DNA from: Alphaproteobacteria bacterium
Lineage (GTDB): Bacteria; Pseudomonadota; Alphaproteobacteria; GCA-2731375
Assembly (NCBI GenBank): GCA_965225945.1
Contig: CBDDBZ010000014.1
Span: 1 to 63,896, forward strand
Length of the DNA stretch: 63,896 nucleotides
Reading direction: 5' to 3'
In this document: in pieces, positions 63,640 through 63,896 of the stretch
How the letters are laid out: every line of letters begins with the position of its first letter
How positions within the stretch are numbered: the first letter of the stretch is position 1
The notes under the pieces: model-generated
Told to the model about the DNA's origin: nothing
Seen by the model: the letters and a program-made list of their open reading frames with translations, nothing else
The model's database searches: none
Position numbers and translations under genes: made by a program

Positions 63640-63757
63640 GACGGTCTCCTTTCGGTGGCTCCGCTGCCTTTCCGAGCTCGATGTCCTCGAGCCGGGCGAA
63701 GGCCGGTGGCTTTGCGTCTCGCCGTTTCCGACGGTTTGCCCTTGTCGTCGAGCCGTC
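63640..63757 (-). ncRNA. c-di-GMP-I (GEMM) riboswitch
   Basis: ACAAGGGCAAACCGUCG-GAAA-CGGCGAGACGCAAAGCCACCGGCCU...AGGCAGCGGAGCCACCG parallels the Vc2 aptamer layout. Confidence 0.85.
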
Positions 63758-63896
63758 CCAATCGGGGAAGGGTCTTCCCCTTGGATCGGCGTATCGGACC
63801 CGAAGTCACGCAGCAAGTCCAACACGAGACTGATATTGGTATGGAAGGACACCAAGTCTGTGACCGTCGTCACATCACGTTTATATTTTGGCTCAA

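Overview
GC-rich alphaproteobacterial chromosomal window (fliX-dksA, regBA, sigma54 and CtrA-type flagellar promoters; Rhodospirillales-like is an inference) with a recent insertion-sequence burst. About 13 kb (~20%) is IS DNA from the IS1595, IS66, IS3-like, IS630, IS256 and IS4 families, and every complete insertion has a clean target-site duplication. Removing the ISs by hand restores an intact 495-aa HAMP histidine kinase, a 1579-aa REC-multiPAS-HisKA-REC hybrid kinase (hit four times), AMP nucleosidase and MerA. Highlights the ORF track misses: (1) a UGA-recoded UGSC-family selenoprotein (U-G-S-C-T-S-C, with a SECIS-like hairpin) between a thioredoxin-fold fusion gene and a MetE-like Zn enzyme; (2) a c-di-GMP-I (GEMM) riboswitch near the right edge whose P1 extension can occlude the SD of a 9-codon ORF upstream of a 55-aa membrane peptide; (3) a transposase-less IS1595-derived cassette with a passenger repeat-protein ORF; (4) a nested IS1595-in-IS256-in-merA structure with a 505-bp inverted repeat; (5) an IS4 element separating FlbD-type enhancer sites from the flgI sigma54 promoter. 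Also present: ydbH-ynbE-ydbL, Fic and PIN toxin-antitoxin pairs, hydantoinase/oxoprolinase A/B, a flagellin cluster, regBA and a mer operon. Some single-base frameshifts, nonsense codons and short duplications may be assembly errors. All product calls come from motif recognition, not database searches.
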